From positions 5,054,485 through 5,118,484 of the forward strand of contig NC_134027.1 in the NCBI RefSeq assembly GCF_964204645.1: a stretch of DNA of 64,000 nucleotides, written 5' to 3'. Positions within the stretch are counted from its first letter, which is position 1; each line of letters starts with the position of its first letter. Source of the stretch: Tubulanus polymorphus. Taxonomy: Eukaryota > Animalia > Nemertea. A model generated the notes under the pieces. The model was not told where the DNA came from, ran no database searches, and was given only the letters and a program-made list of their open reading frames with translations. This document shows, one piece after another, positions 15,501 through 27,426 of the stretch. Both the position numbers and the translations under genes were made by a program.

Positions 15501-18500
15501 AGTTACGTAAGCTCTAAAACAATTTTGAGAAGATAGTCGTAGCTGCGATGATGATCGGGGCTACTATTTTTTTCTAGGAATTGATTTATGAGGCGCTGCT
15601 CAAAACTGACGATATTCTCTCCGTCATTCGAGCAGATGTTGATGCCGTCGATGCGTAAAAAATGCGGAAGCATTATCGAGTTAAAGAATGTGATTTCGGC
15701 ATATGTGATGAGTCACGATATTGTGACGCGATCGTCACAGGCGATTGTCACGTGCGAGTGAGTACCTTACACGCGGTAAGACAGGTAAAGTGCGCAGGAA
15801 CCAAGATACCGTCACAACACGGCGACCACTGCTGCTGCTGCTGCTGCTGCTGTAAATACCGGTACCGTTCAATGAACGGGTGTCATCGCTCCAGTGAGAC
15901 GATGATTGATTTGTGAAATAACTGATAAGAAGACACTCGATGAAATGAATCCAGCGCTATATACCCTCGCCACTATCCTGCGCTAATTTTCCCACATATG
16001 TCTGCATCAGATCTATACCGAGTACTAATTGACCGGTACGTGGCGAGGATATCACCCGTCGAAATGTTAAATTCACTGAATGTCTTCCCATTCCGCGGTC
16101 AATCAATGTTCATAATTTAGTTCTCGAAGCAGTACTTTCGTAAACGAATAAACGCAATCGCCGTTTGATGTTGATATTTTTTAAGGATATGACTAAATGC
16201 TTTTGTAAACTACAGCGAGCTGAATGATTATTCAAGAGTGCGTAGCTTAATTCAGCCTTAGAATCCATTTCAAACATCTTTGGAAGGAAATAAAAATGAG
16301 CAAACACAAGTCGTGTTATTGAACCGCTATCAATTGTTTCGGAGCCGTAGACCGCATCAGCAGCAATGACGCACTGTAAAACTATTCCATTCTTCGTTGA
16401 GCAATGACTAAGCATTAATTCACCCCTGTGTATCCCATCTGTATTTGTGCGAATCGATCTTCCTGATGGAACAAAAGGATTGCCGCGCAGAGGAGAATAG
16501 GGTCATTAACGTGGATTTATTTTGGATGATATTAAGAAATATTGTCTGTCACGTTTTTATGACCGTCACAGATCAGCAGGTGTCCGCAGTTAATCTCATC
16601 GATTTACGGATCTGATGGATGCCGAGTCCAAATTGTTTAAATCCTCGAGCCCCTGATGGTTGCTCGGGTTATTGGTATCCTTCATTTCTCATGATGTGAC
16701 ATTTTTCACTTACCGTTCATTATTTGAATTTGCTCGAAACTATCTCCTCTATAAAAGGAAAGTTGCATTACTCAATCATCAGTCGATTCTTTTGTGTCAT
16801 TTTTCCTACATTTACCGTTTATACCATCTTGCGATTCGCCGAGCAACAGACAAAACGACAATATAGAGAATTTTACGACCAACGTTATGGGTGCATTTTA
16901 TAGCGAAATTGTTGATGAGCCAATACTCAGAAAATATGATGGCCATCGCTGGATGCCACCGAGTCATAAAACGGAATCGCTGGACAGCGTTATAAAAGAG
17001 AATTCCTGCTGTTGTGATTACTACCTTTGTGCATGTCTTGATGGATCGAGCAATAAATGGCAAACTCTGCGCATTCTTATTGTAAGTTTGTTGCCGGAGT
17101 CGGTATATCTTACCGCGATTTTTATGATGTCGGCTCGTAACGACGAAATTGCTGCGGCTTCATCGCGCAATCTTTCAGCTCTGTTGCTACATCAGATGGT
17201 GTCGCGTTTTATGCTTTTCGTAGTAAAAATCAGCGTTACGACGATTCGAAGGTGTTTGTTGCACCGACGGGACGGCTTATTTCTTCGTTATTCGAGAAAG
17301 AAAAGCGCGATGATGTTTTATGACTTTTGTCATTCTGAGTCATCTGCTCCACGCTCTTGTCGTGTACCTTTTCTTTCCAGTGGCGAATTTATCAGCCAAT
17401 TACCAGAATTCCTTTTCAATGATTCGTCTTTAACGTAGAAAATGTATACGGGGCTTGCCTCGAGAGTTCTTTTCATCTACAAGAGAATAAACGAACTGTC
17501 GTCGATCTTAACGAGATTTCGTGAAAGAGATTGATCATCGTTTTTAAAAATCTAAACGTTCACCGATCAGGTTGTAGTTTATTTATTTTACATATTCACC
17601 TCTGTGTGAATGATGCTCACTTGACTGATCCGTCAAACGGCGATCATTTTCCGAGGCGACTCGATACTCGTTCTTTCTATATGAAAATCGACTGGTAGAT
17701 CATCAGTTACACGCGCTCAAAAGGCCTTCGATTTCGTCTACGATGAGCTCGGCAACGGAAATCAAATTTTCATAAATTGAAATAATACGACCAGATCAGA
17801 AATATGCATTGAATTTTACGCCGGTTGCTTTCGCGTCGGTTTCGGAAAATCGGGCATATTTCATACGCTTCAATGAACGGATTCAATCAAAGATGCTCTC
17901 GGGTGCTCCTTTATTAATTTATACACAACGTGAATCCGCTATCACATTTGCTTATGCTGCTAGTATTTTCTTAATCGATGCCTTATTCAGATCTGTAAAA
18001 TCATTTTATCGTTTCATTCACTTCTCTTTTCCTTGTGTATTTTTTGTCGTCTTTATCTTCTTTCAAAATCAGTTTTTGATGAGGTCATTGTTTGTGACAT
18101 CGAGTCGTCATTCACAAATCCCTAAACTTCATAAATAATAGATAAACGACGCGCGCGATAATAAAACTTATGTCGATGTGTGTAAATCTTTTCCTACTTA
18201 TTCGAGGACGATGCGTGGATTTTTTTTCCAACTCGTGAATAATTGTTACCAATTCAACAACGACGACGAGTCTCGAAAGCTGAGAAAATGACACATTCAA
18301 CACTCCTCGAGCCCCGGAGAATATGATCGGGACAGCAGTGATTTACATTAGATAGAAGCCGCTTTGCTTCATTCGTCGTCGGTGTGCTGACTTTTGACTG
18401 AGATAATTCACGTCTGCGGCACATGTTCGGTAGTTGACGACAACGTTCCACTTTTGACACATTTACCACGCGTGCATCCGTCAGGGCTGCGTATGCTCCG

Positions 18501-19167
18501 ACAATCCGCCTGTCTTACTGGAACGCGGGGAACATCACCCCCTTGATTGTGTTTTGAGAGTTCACATTTCATCTCCCGGGCCACTTCGTACGTCATCCGA
18601 ACTCTTCAACGCTTTTTCAGGATAAACTCTGCTCGTGACATTATTTACAGTAATGGCTTTTTTAATGAACGATTTTGTCTGATTGTTCTTTCCCTTCGCA
18701 TCACCGTTCATCTCACTGATTCGATTATTAATGTTTGTTACGTTCGTGATCGAGATATTTAACTGAATTCATTTGCAATTTCATATCACTGTTTGAATAC
18801 GGATGATTCCCCTGTTCTACGATATGATGTTGATGTTTGAAATGAATGAAACTGTTTCGAAATAAATCAAACACAGTCTCCTTTAAAGATACTTGGCAAC
18901 TGCAAACAGTGAAATATAAAAAATTCAAAAGACCTAACGGAGACCTAGTGTCGGTATTATTCCCAACGAAAATTTACCGCCTTATCTTTTCCGCCTAAGT
19001 GCACTCGAAGACCAACTGGTAGATTTCTCAGAAGTCATACATCCTTTGTTAGCGGCGCTGTGCTGGTACTAGCTACTGGAGGTCTTTTGTTTTCACCAGT
19101 GCCGGCTAGTCGTGCCACTTGTCTCCGCAACTATTCCGATGAAGAGTCCAGCTCAGAGATGATATAG
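3507..19167 (+). CDS. Putative spliced small protein of unknown family (~97 aa if no further exons)
   Basis: Three phase-0 compatible segments: 3507-3518 (ATG TCT ACC ACG|GTGAGT, in-frame TAA upstream, exon acceptor tttattattcacag ending 3394); 14219-14332 (ttttttttacag|LNELIIKAFIYRVSSNGNTTVSAVGQECTFVWELDRRM|GTCAGT); 19000-19167 (cttttccgcctaag|CTRRPTGRFLRSHTSFVSGAVLVLATGGLLFSPVPASRATCLRNYSDEESSSEMI*). AT-rich UTR-like sequence follows, with AATAAA at 19601 and 20181. No family recognised. Confidence 0.5.
5394..5537. mobile_element. MITE-like element with perfect 14-bp terminal inverted repeats
   Basis: caggggccggttgc ... gcaaccggcccctg, with repeated cttaag motifs inside and no coding capacity. 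No clean TSD. Confidence 0.75.
8217..8485. mobile_element. Degenerate MITE-like element
   Basis: Left end aagcagcgttctcacta matches the reverse complement of the right end (aagccgcgttcacacta) with a few mismatches. Related motifs occur internally (gtgttcgcatt, gtgtgtgaacgc). Confidence 0.45.
10011..10064. repeat. Perfect 27-bp tandem duplication
   Basis: gaaatcaactttcccataaggatatct x2. Confidence 0.95.
11128..11159. repeat. Perfect 16-bp tandem duplication
   Basis: taattccatttattca x2. Confidence 0.9.
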
Positions 19168-22100
19168 CCCTTGAAACTTGCCACTTGATGTGCTTCAATC
19201 TGAAAAGAAATTCATTATTGCTCTGGGAAGTGTTTTCATTTCAAGGCAAAGTTTTCATTGTGTGAGGGCACATCAAGAGATTTTTAAGTACAGTCAATGA
19301 TATAGATATTTTTGGTGCATTGTTAATGCATAGTCATTATTTTAAGCTATTTGTAATCATCAAACTTGTAATATTTCTTTTATTATTCAAATGTTTTCTC
19401 ATTTATATTTTGTAGATTTAACTTCATTTACAATTAAGCATTGGACCTAATGGTGATTGCAAGAATAGACACAGCATCATTTAGTGAAACTTTGAAAGCA
19501 TGTGTCGTCGACCTTTTCGGAAAAGAACAAAATAATAGTGATGATTATGTTAGTTTGGATTAAAAATGCATTTGTCTCGAATTTTTCATGAATGTCGTAA
19601 AATAAACATTAACTTTGTACTTGTAAAAATGATTGTGTTAGACTTGTAAATTTACCATGTATTCTTTGAACAACAACACTCTTGAGTTTGTTCAGGAGTT
19701 TACTTCTGAAGTTTATCATGATCTCTCATGAATTAGAGATTTTTTTAATTTGTATCTATTGATGAGATGATATATTGTTCCTTCAAGTTTTGTTCAACTG
19801 AAGTGTGTCAAGACCAGATGCCAGTACCATGTTGTGAATTGGCGTAATCGAAAATGAACTATTTTGATTTGAGTTAAATTTGATTATGTGGCAGCTGTAG
19901 GACAGATCCTAATTTAAATCCAGAAATTAGTCATTTTCGGTATCAAAGATTATCACAAATTGTACATTAAGACTTTTAAGTCTGTATCCTGGAATAAGCC
20001 CCAGAAGTGTTAGATATTTTTTTCCAACAGTTTTATATGGTTTAAGCTGAAAGAAGATGGAAATTTTCCTTCTTTCCGTAATTTATTTTGTACAGAATTT
20101 CAAGGGGATAAAGGGATATACATTTTTATCACTCGTATTTTATAAGCATTTAAAGGATTTTATATTCTGGAGAAATTTGTAATAAAAGTAAGCATTTTAC
20201 CTACATAACGATGAGTAAATATACTTCTTTCCACTTTGTTTTCTGGATTGTTTTAACCGATTAACAGTGAACCATCAGTAGAATTGTAAAAGGCGTCATA
20301 TACGGAAAGTTCACTGTATTCGGAAATTGAGACCAATACATAAAATCTTGAAGAATGACTTTACCGAAGAAATGACTCATTTACCTGATGAAGCCAAGCT
20401 CGTTCTTAAAAGAAATTTAGTAAACTTTCAAAGTACTATTTGTCTAAACATTTTACTGATTCGACCCCATATTAAGACAGCTCCCCAACCAACTCTGAAG
20501 ATATGAAGACATCAACCGCATTGTTGTGTCCGTTATTGTAAAAAAAAGAAACAAGAGAATCTGGGACTATTGTCGTAATTCATCGATTACTTTTAGTTGA
20601 TTGCGTCACAATCGCGCCAAATTACCAGTTAGTTGAGTGTTAGGACGTACACCTGTTAGCTACTAGCCTCCCACTATCGTTTCGTCCTAGAATTTCGCGC
20701 GACTGCCAGTTGCCCTAATTACAACTCCGTTAATGGAAAACCTACGGACGACGACCCGATGTTAAAAGCGGTGTCGTATGCTCCATTGTTGAACGAGAAT
20801 TCGGGATTTTCGACACCCTTTCTATAATTACAGGGAATCGTTAATTCACCAATGAACGCATCGCGTGGGGCGTCTTTCACATTTCTTACCCGAGTCACGT
20901 CGTTTGAAAGAAAACCCGTAAGCACTTGAGCATCGTGCAGTAGTGATGGTGGGTTGTTGAATGAAAAAAATAATTGGTCTTTTGTCGTCGTATTTTCGAC
21001 TAGGATTTCGTTGATCTGGGGACGGGTCGGCTCAAACTGGTGCGTTATTAAACGCAACCTGTCAAACCATTTAGCGCAACCTGTTGAGTTATTCCAACTG
21101 ATACTGGAATCAGATTTTTAACATGTTCATTTGAAGTAGATCAACATGAAACGTAGATGTGCCAAGCGTGTATATGCATCGTCACCCCAGGGCCAGCGGA
21201 ACTGATTGGTCATTGACCCGGCCCATCACCCAGCGCCGTTACAGTTACACGAAATTTCTTAATAGGATGCATTCCGATGGCTCATGCATGGTTCTAAGTT
21301 AGGGTTCGCACATCACCCATACAAGTAACTATCAACAAACCTAATCGATGAGGATTTCACCGAAATTTCAACCGAATTCCATCCCATATTCGGTTTAGCT
21401 TTAATAAAGTGATATACACTCAACCGTGGTGAATTGAATTATGTTTTTAAGAATGACTCAGCAAAATTGAGGGTCAGACGTATTGCACCGCTGCGAAAAC
21501 TCATTTACACATCTAACGTCAAAAAATGAACAGAACATCGAATGGCGACAATCGCCTGAAAATATTTGCCACTTTTTGTCCTCTTGCCTGATCTGGTTTT
21601 GTTGCTCATCAGTGCAGTGTGTAAAGATGATTAACGCTACAATTACCGGAATCTTTCCTGCCGAAATTAGTTGTTGAGTTGAAAGCATGCAATTTCAAAG
21701 AAATCAATCGGCATTGGCGTGCGAATACGCAGAAAAACAGTTGTCACCGATAAGAAAATACAGCAGCAAAACAAATTCCGTGAGTCATTTGAGGTGTCTG
21801 CAACACTGCATGTCGCGTTTGTATTTCTCCCCAAAGCATTAACGAATTATCGCTGTGGATTTCAATATCGAATTATGATGGGGAATATTGAATTCATTTA
21901 CACTTGGAAAATTTTAAAATTAAATATCGATGACTAATGATAGATCAAGGCGAGCAACGGCACACGTATTCTCGAATAACTGAAAAAAGTATAGTTTCTA
22001 TAGAGATGTCCAAAAGATGAAAAATCATATTTCCTTTACATTCATTAAACAAAAATATTGTTGCTAATGCACCTGCTTTTTGTGCGATCAACTAATGGAG

Positions 22101-24541
22101 TGTGGTCTACGTCTGCCATTCTGCGTGTCACATCATCCACCGGAAATTGATGTCTATCTACGTCACCGCACAGTAAAACCATCGTATGGACACTTGCGCC
22201 CTTTCAAGTAACAATTTCTTTTTAAATAGTCGATAGGTTTTTTTTCTCCATGAAATCAAGAAAAGCTATTCGTGTTTCTGGTGTACATGTTATAAGAGAT
22301 TCTGAGATACTACGTAGATTTAGATGTACAAAGAAACAAACTGTGGGGCGTCAATGGTTTCAATAGGCTAGCGATAAGATCTTCGATGAAGTTGGCTATC
22401 CATTAAGTTTACGTCAACCTGTTGCAGAATTATAACTTTTCGATAGCTGAAGAGTTGCGTGGGAACTCTGCTTGTTCAAAATCCAGTTTCCTGTTGCCTC
22501 GAACCGTTGGGGGTATTCGCTTTGAAAAACGAAAACCTGTTTTTTTCGACGCGCGTCCGTTTGTGAAGGCACGTGTTGAACATTTGTAGCTTGCCCTCTA
22601 GTCAAATAATAACAACGGTGACATCGCACATCACGAGTAAAAAAGTTTCTTTGTACTTAAAAACAACTTAGATAAAAACTCTGGGTGCACTTAGTGATAT
22701 TATCATCTGTATGGCATCATACACAAAAACATCGTTGACACATTAGAAATAATAGACGGTTTTCGCCACGTGGTATGTGATATTTTTGATTTTAAGTATC
22801 GCCCTACGACTTGTTTACGATATCGTGGACAAAAAGCCAAAGCTTCATTCTCACGCTCGTCGGCACCGACGACGGCAGTTCGAATAGGACACAGGGAGAT
22901 CACGGTGATGAAAATTTGACTTCAAAAATCAGTGAGAAAGATTTTGAAATAAACTTTTGGATATGAAAACAACAACCTGATCTATAGGGGCCTATGTGTG
23001 ATCTGTGTTGATGATGATAATACTATCTTAGTGCGATAGAGTTATTTCTTGAGAATAAACACAAAATTTCATCTATCCTCAAACGCAGCTCTGGGAAACA
23101 TAGAGCGAATTTTCAATTGTGAACAGGTGGACAGTCATTCAGCGACTCTTCGTAAATAATTCACTGGATGCATTCGTCAAACATATCCAACTGGTGGATA
23201 AATTATTAATGTAATTAGGTCAATAAACACGGACGACTACCTGTTCTTTGTATTTTGTTGTTTCTTATGGTGGTCAGGGACCGGGGTCAGGAATGAAATT
23301 GCCATAGATCACAAAAGCTTCAGCCACCGGGTTTTCGCGGATATGTGGCTATAACTGGGGTTCTAACTGTGATGATTATTTTTTGTTTGTTAAAATAATA
23401 TAACATGTAAACTGAACATCATTTTTTCTGCGAATGATCGTCAAATGATAATATTGCAAACTTTCCCTTTGTAGAAGAAGAACATATACAGACTCTCGTC
23501 ACTAGCAATCATTACGGATTAATAAGCGTCAGTGGCCTCAAATAATCGCATATGGCACAGTCGTGTCGGCTGCCGATGTGTGTTGCATCATGTTTGATTG
23601 GAAACCAATTATTGTGGATGGAAAATGACAACAATAGCTCAATGAATATTTCAGTAATTCGCGTTAAGCCCGATGACTGCAGCCAATTGTTTCGCGCGAA
23701 AACGCAGATGGGTACCGACCGACTGTATGGTAGATGATGTGTGTACATTTTCTGTGTTTGCCACCTGTTGTGTCGTGATCTCACGAAAACCCGACAACTC
23801 GCAAGACTCACGTTTTAGTTTAACATCGAGTTTCGCGAGCCTTTTCTTCTCTGGTAATGGCAATGTGAGTAAATATTTCCCCAATAGATGACTTCGACAA
23901 TAGTTCCACATGTTTTCCACCCGTCAGATTCTGCTGGTACCATCTGACTGTTCCCTAGCGTTTTCTGCAATTTCCACGTAGCCTTTTCGTTTATGGGCCC
24001 TCGATTTCACAGCGCTGTACCGGTTATCAAAACTTCTCAACCATTCACCGTTTGCTATCAGAACTTGTTCAATTATAAAATATTAACTTATATGGAAATA
24101 CAAATGGAAAGCGCAGGTGACGGGTTGGAATTCTCCTCCGATTCGATCAGAATCCCATCGTAAAACTCGAGTTAAATACTGTACGCCTACACTGCGCATA
24201 CATTCACCGGGTACAATAAAACCTCATTCACTGTCAATGCAGATGATACTTTTTATGAATTCGAATTAACAACCATCACTTGCACTGAAACGATTGTTTG
24301 AATTTATGATCTACGAAATCAAGTGCGGGACTTTTTTATCACGTGACTTCAGAACTATACGCTGTAGTTTATTGTTCTGCGGCGAGGGACATTTTTTTGT
24401 AAGTGATTTAACATCTTTTATCTCTTATATGGCCAATTGAATTTAACACTCGTGTTTGAGGATGTGTCCGCTCTTTGGTTGAGGAGAGACAATTGAATCC
24501 CACGGATTTGACGATCAAGCCTCTGAAGAGCGGAGGGGCCA

Positions 24542-25673
24542 TTATGTACCGGGACAAAGTTCAGCTGCCGGTGGGTCAAAAACTGTAAAAATAAATTCAA
24601 GTCCTTGTAATAAAGAATTGGTGATCAATCAGCCTCGGTCGATAGGTACATTTTTTGTATCATACCCCCCCCCCAAAAAAAAAATAAGGATGATTTGAAG
24701 CATGGGATTATTGTTAACATACGTTCCAACTTTCCGATAACATCATGTCGATACAACACGTTTTGTGAATTCGATTCTAGCGTACAAAAGTGAATGTGTT
24801 AAAAGATAACTTATAAATCGCCATAAGAGATTGGTCTATATTTGCTACAGCTCATTTCCTACGAGTTTAAGATTCACAATTGATGTTGTGTCAAAAACGG
24901 CTCCACTTCACTTATCATTGAAGAAAATGATATGATTTGATCTGGTGAACACCGTGTCCTGCGCAGCAACTATTGTACGCGAGCGCCAGTGGATGAAAAA
25001 TCACTGCATACTTACTCTAACAATAAACGCCAAGTGTCTTTATGATATTTTTTATTATCTGGCCCACTCTCTAAGTTAATTAATTTAAAAGTCGCTCGCA
25101 AATTTGGACCATCGTTCTCTAGACGACACGTGCGCGCGTAGCCATTAAAAGCAATACTAAAACAGGTTGTTTTTAGACTATTACAATAAACATGTTAAAC
25201 GAGCCAGGAATTAATTTCCCGACTTGTGTCGATCGTGTGTTCTTCTTTTTGAACGCACTAGCCATTGGTTTGGTAATTACAATGGTAAAACTCGTTTGGC
25301 CAGTAGTGACCCGTGATGGGCGTAAGGTTCGGGCGAGGTATCTCAGGTTTGAACCCAGAAACGGGCCGAGTCACGTGTTCGTACAAAAGCAATGCAAATA
25401 CATCGTATTTAGTTTTAGTTGAAGAGTTCGCCTAATGTCAAAACGTCATAACAATAGACACCGGAGAGCTATTGCAGCTAGGATTCGGATTTAGCCAGCA
25501 AATACCCATTCTTTTGTAGGAAGCTGACTTCCGTCGCCGATCACTTCCGCCACAGTAAAATTAGCATAGAAGGCTGAATCGAGTGAATTCAATACGAACT
25601 TGAGCCCGGGAGCACCGTACACGATGGGCACACGCGACGTGTGACAAAGACATGAAGCTTGATCGAGTAACAT
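24542..25673 (-). CDS. Candidate 3-exon orphan gene (~119 aa)
   Basis: Exons 25673-25506, 25431-25281 and 24582-24542 splice in frame through a 74-nt GT-AG intron and a second intron with a strong acceptor (ttgaatttatttttacag). The product ends ...GHYWPNEFYHFFDPPAAELCPGT*. No homology recognised and the start is uncertain. Confidence 0.3.
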
Positions 25674-26010
25674 TTAACCGGACCACTGACCGGACTTACG
25701 TAATGCACACTTCGGAAATAAAACGATTAAAATCTGAGATGTCGTGCAAAGATTTGATTTAGATTTAAATGACGTAATAGTGCCCACTGCACATGTTCGT
25801 TTTGAGTCAGTTTCTCTATTGTCGCTTCTGCAGGTGGCTTTGATAGTTCAGTGATGGAGATGTTCTATAACTATCGATGAATCATTAAAATTTGAAAAAA
25901 AAGAATCAAAGATCGAATATTCAATTCATCTATACAATTCGTTAAGTGATGCAAGTGACGCTCTAAATCGCAATTAATATTTTTCGTCTTGGCTGAAATA
26001 TTCAAAGTTT

Positions 26011-26052
26011 GAATCTGATCAACTTTGAGCTAGTTTAAAGTTGATCAGATTC
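26011..26052. repeat. 42-bp near-perfect palindrome / hairpin
   Basis: gaatctgatcaacttt-gagctagttt-aaagttgatcagattc: perfect 16-bp arms. Confidence 0.9.
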
Positions 26053-27426
26053 GACCAGATGTCAATCTTTTAGAGTAAATGGATGGAGTTAATGAAATGG
26101 ATTTTAATCCGTGTGGCTACTAATTTACGGGTATCTATAGTTGAACGCCATGTGGTGTATGTTCATTAGTTTGAACCCAATCTGTTGCTTGTTTGATACT
26201 TCTGAAGTCTGTGGTTATTGTTGCTCGAATGGGCGTCAGCAAAAAACGCCAATCTTTTGTCTACTCGTATGTGTCCAGTGGTGACCGAAACAAAGCTTCT
26301 GCCGTTAAGAAAATGTGCTGAGTGGTTTGATTTTTTTTTCATAAAAATGGAGACAAGATTAGGCCGAACAATTGCCCGATTATAAGCACGGACCATTTGG
26401 CTAAAGAGCCTCTCGACATCGAAAACTTTTTTTCACAAAGAGGTGAAGCCTGATCGAGCTTGAAATTAGGCAGAAGTTTAGAATGGCTAATTCTTAACAA
26501 CGAGACAAGAATTTACAGATGATTGCTTCTTCAACATCAAACATTTCAACTAGCACTTCAGTTTGCGCTTAAAACTCGGAGCTTTAATTGTAGAAATTGG
26601 ATTTGGAAATGGAATTGAAAGGGCAGTCATTTTGAAATAACATCTTTCGAATATTCGAAACTAAACTTCTGCCTAAATATAGTAAATTTTTTCCATTAAA
26701 CAAAAAACCCATGACAAATGAAAAAATTGTATCACAGTTTTTTCTGGTGCGCATGGCAACTATTCAACAAGGGTAGCGCTTTTGACTCTAGAGAACCACT
26801 TCAACCACCGCGGGCGACTGAACGAGATAGAGGAGATTGAATCTGGAACGTGATGCATGCGCGTTCCTGGAGCACGTGGCGGCACCAGTTGACAGGACAC
26901 GCGTGCGCATGCGCCTCGTATGAACCAATTACCGCCTGATTTTATTTGGCTCTCTGAGAGGATAATGAGTGATAAAAGGAGTCCGTCGTGACAATGTTTA
27001 TTTATGATACCGTTCAGCCTCCGATGGTGCGCTCCTTTGTTTTGGACGGCATTCCGTGACGCATGTGCCGACGAGCGTCGGTGATTGGTTATTCTAGCGA
27101 CTCGCACCGATTGATCAGAAGAACATGATGATATGAAGCCGCATTTCATCACACACTTTAGTTTATCATAACACACCGAAAGCAAACGACGGCGAACGCG
27201 AGGAAAACGATAACATAACTGACTCACGACGAACCCATCTGTAACAAACAGGCACAAGAAATTAAGCGCTGTCACCAAATATCTCATGGGAATATCGATG
27301 GATGATTTGAACACATACACCTGATTCTTCCGATGTTTTAACCGAGGAATATCTAGAGACACGCGACACAGTTGTGACTCACTTTACTGTTAGCCGAGTG
27401 ACAAGCAATAACATCACATCGGCGAA

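Noticed and set aside
16794-17438. 214-aa ORF, the longest in the track
   Set aside because: GTG start, no recognisable motif, non-globular composition and no supporting splice structure; probably intronic chance.
25281-25560. Faint resemblance of the 25-kb candidate peptide to PEBP/RKIP
   Set aside because: It lacks the DPDxP and GxHR motifs; the similarity is too weak to call.
26860-27100. E-box (cacgtg) and CCAAT motifs upstream of scratch
   Set aside because: Plausible promoter elements, but too short to support without conservation or TSS data.
26760-27362. 200-aa antisense ORF upstream of scratch
   Set aside because: It overlies the GC-richer promoter/5' UTR, has a non-ATG start and shows no domain features.
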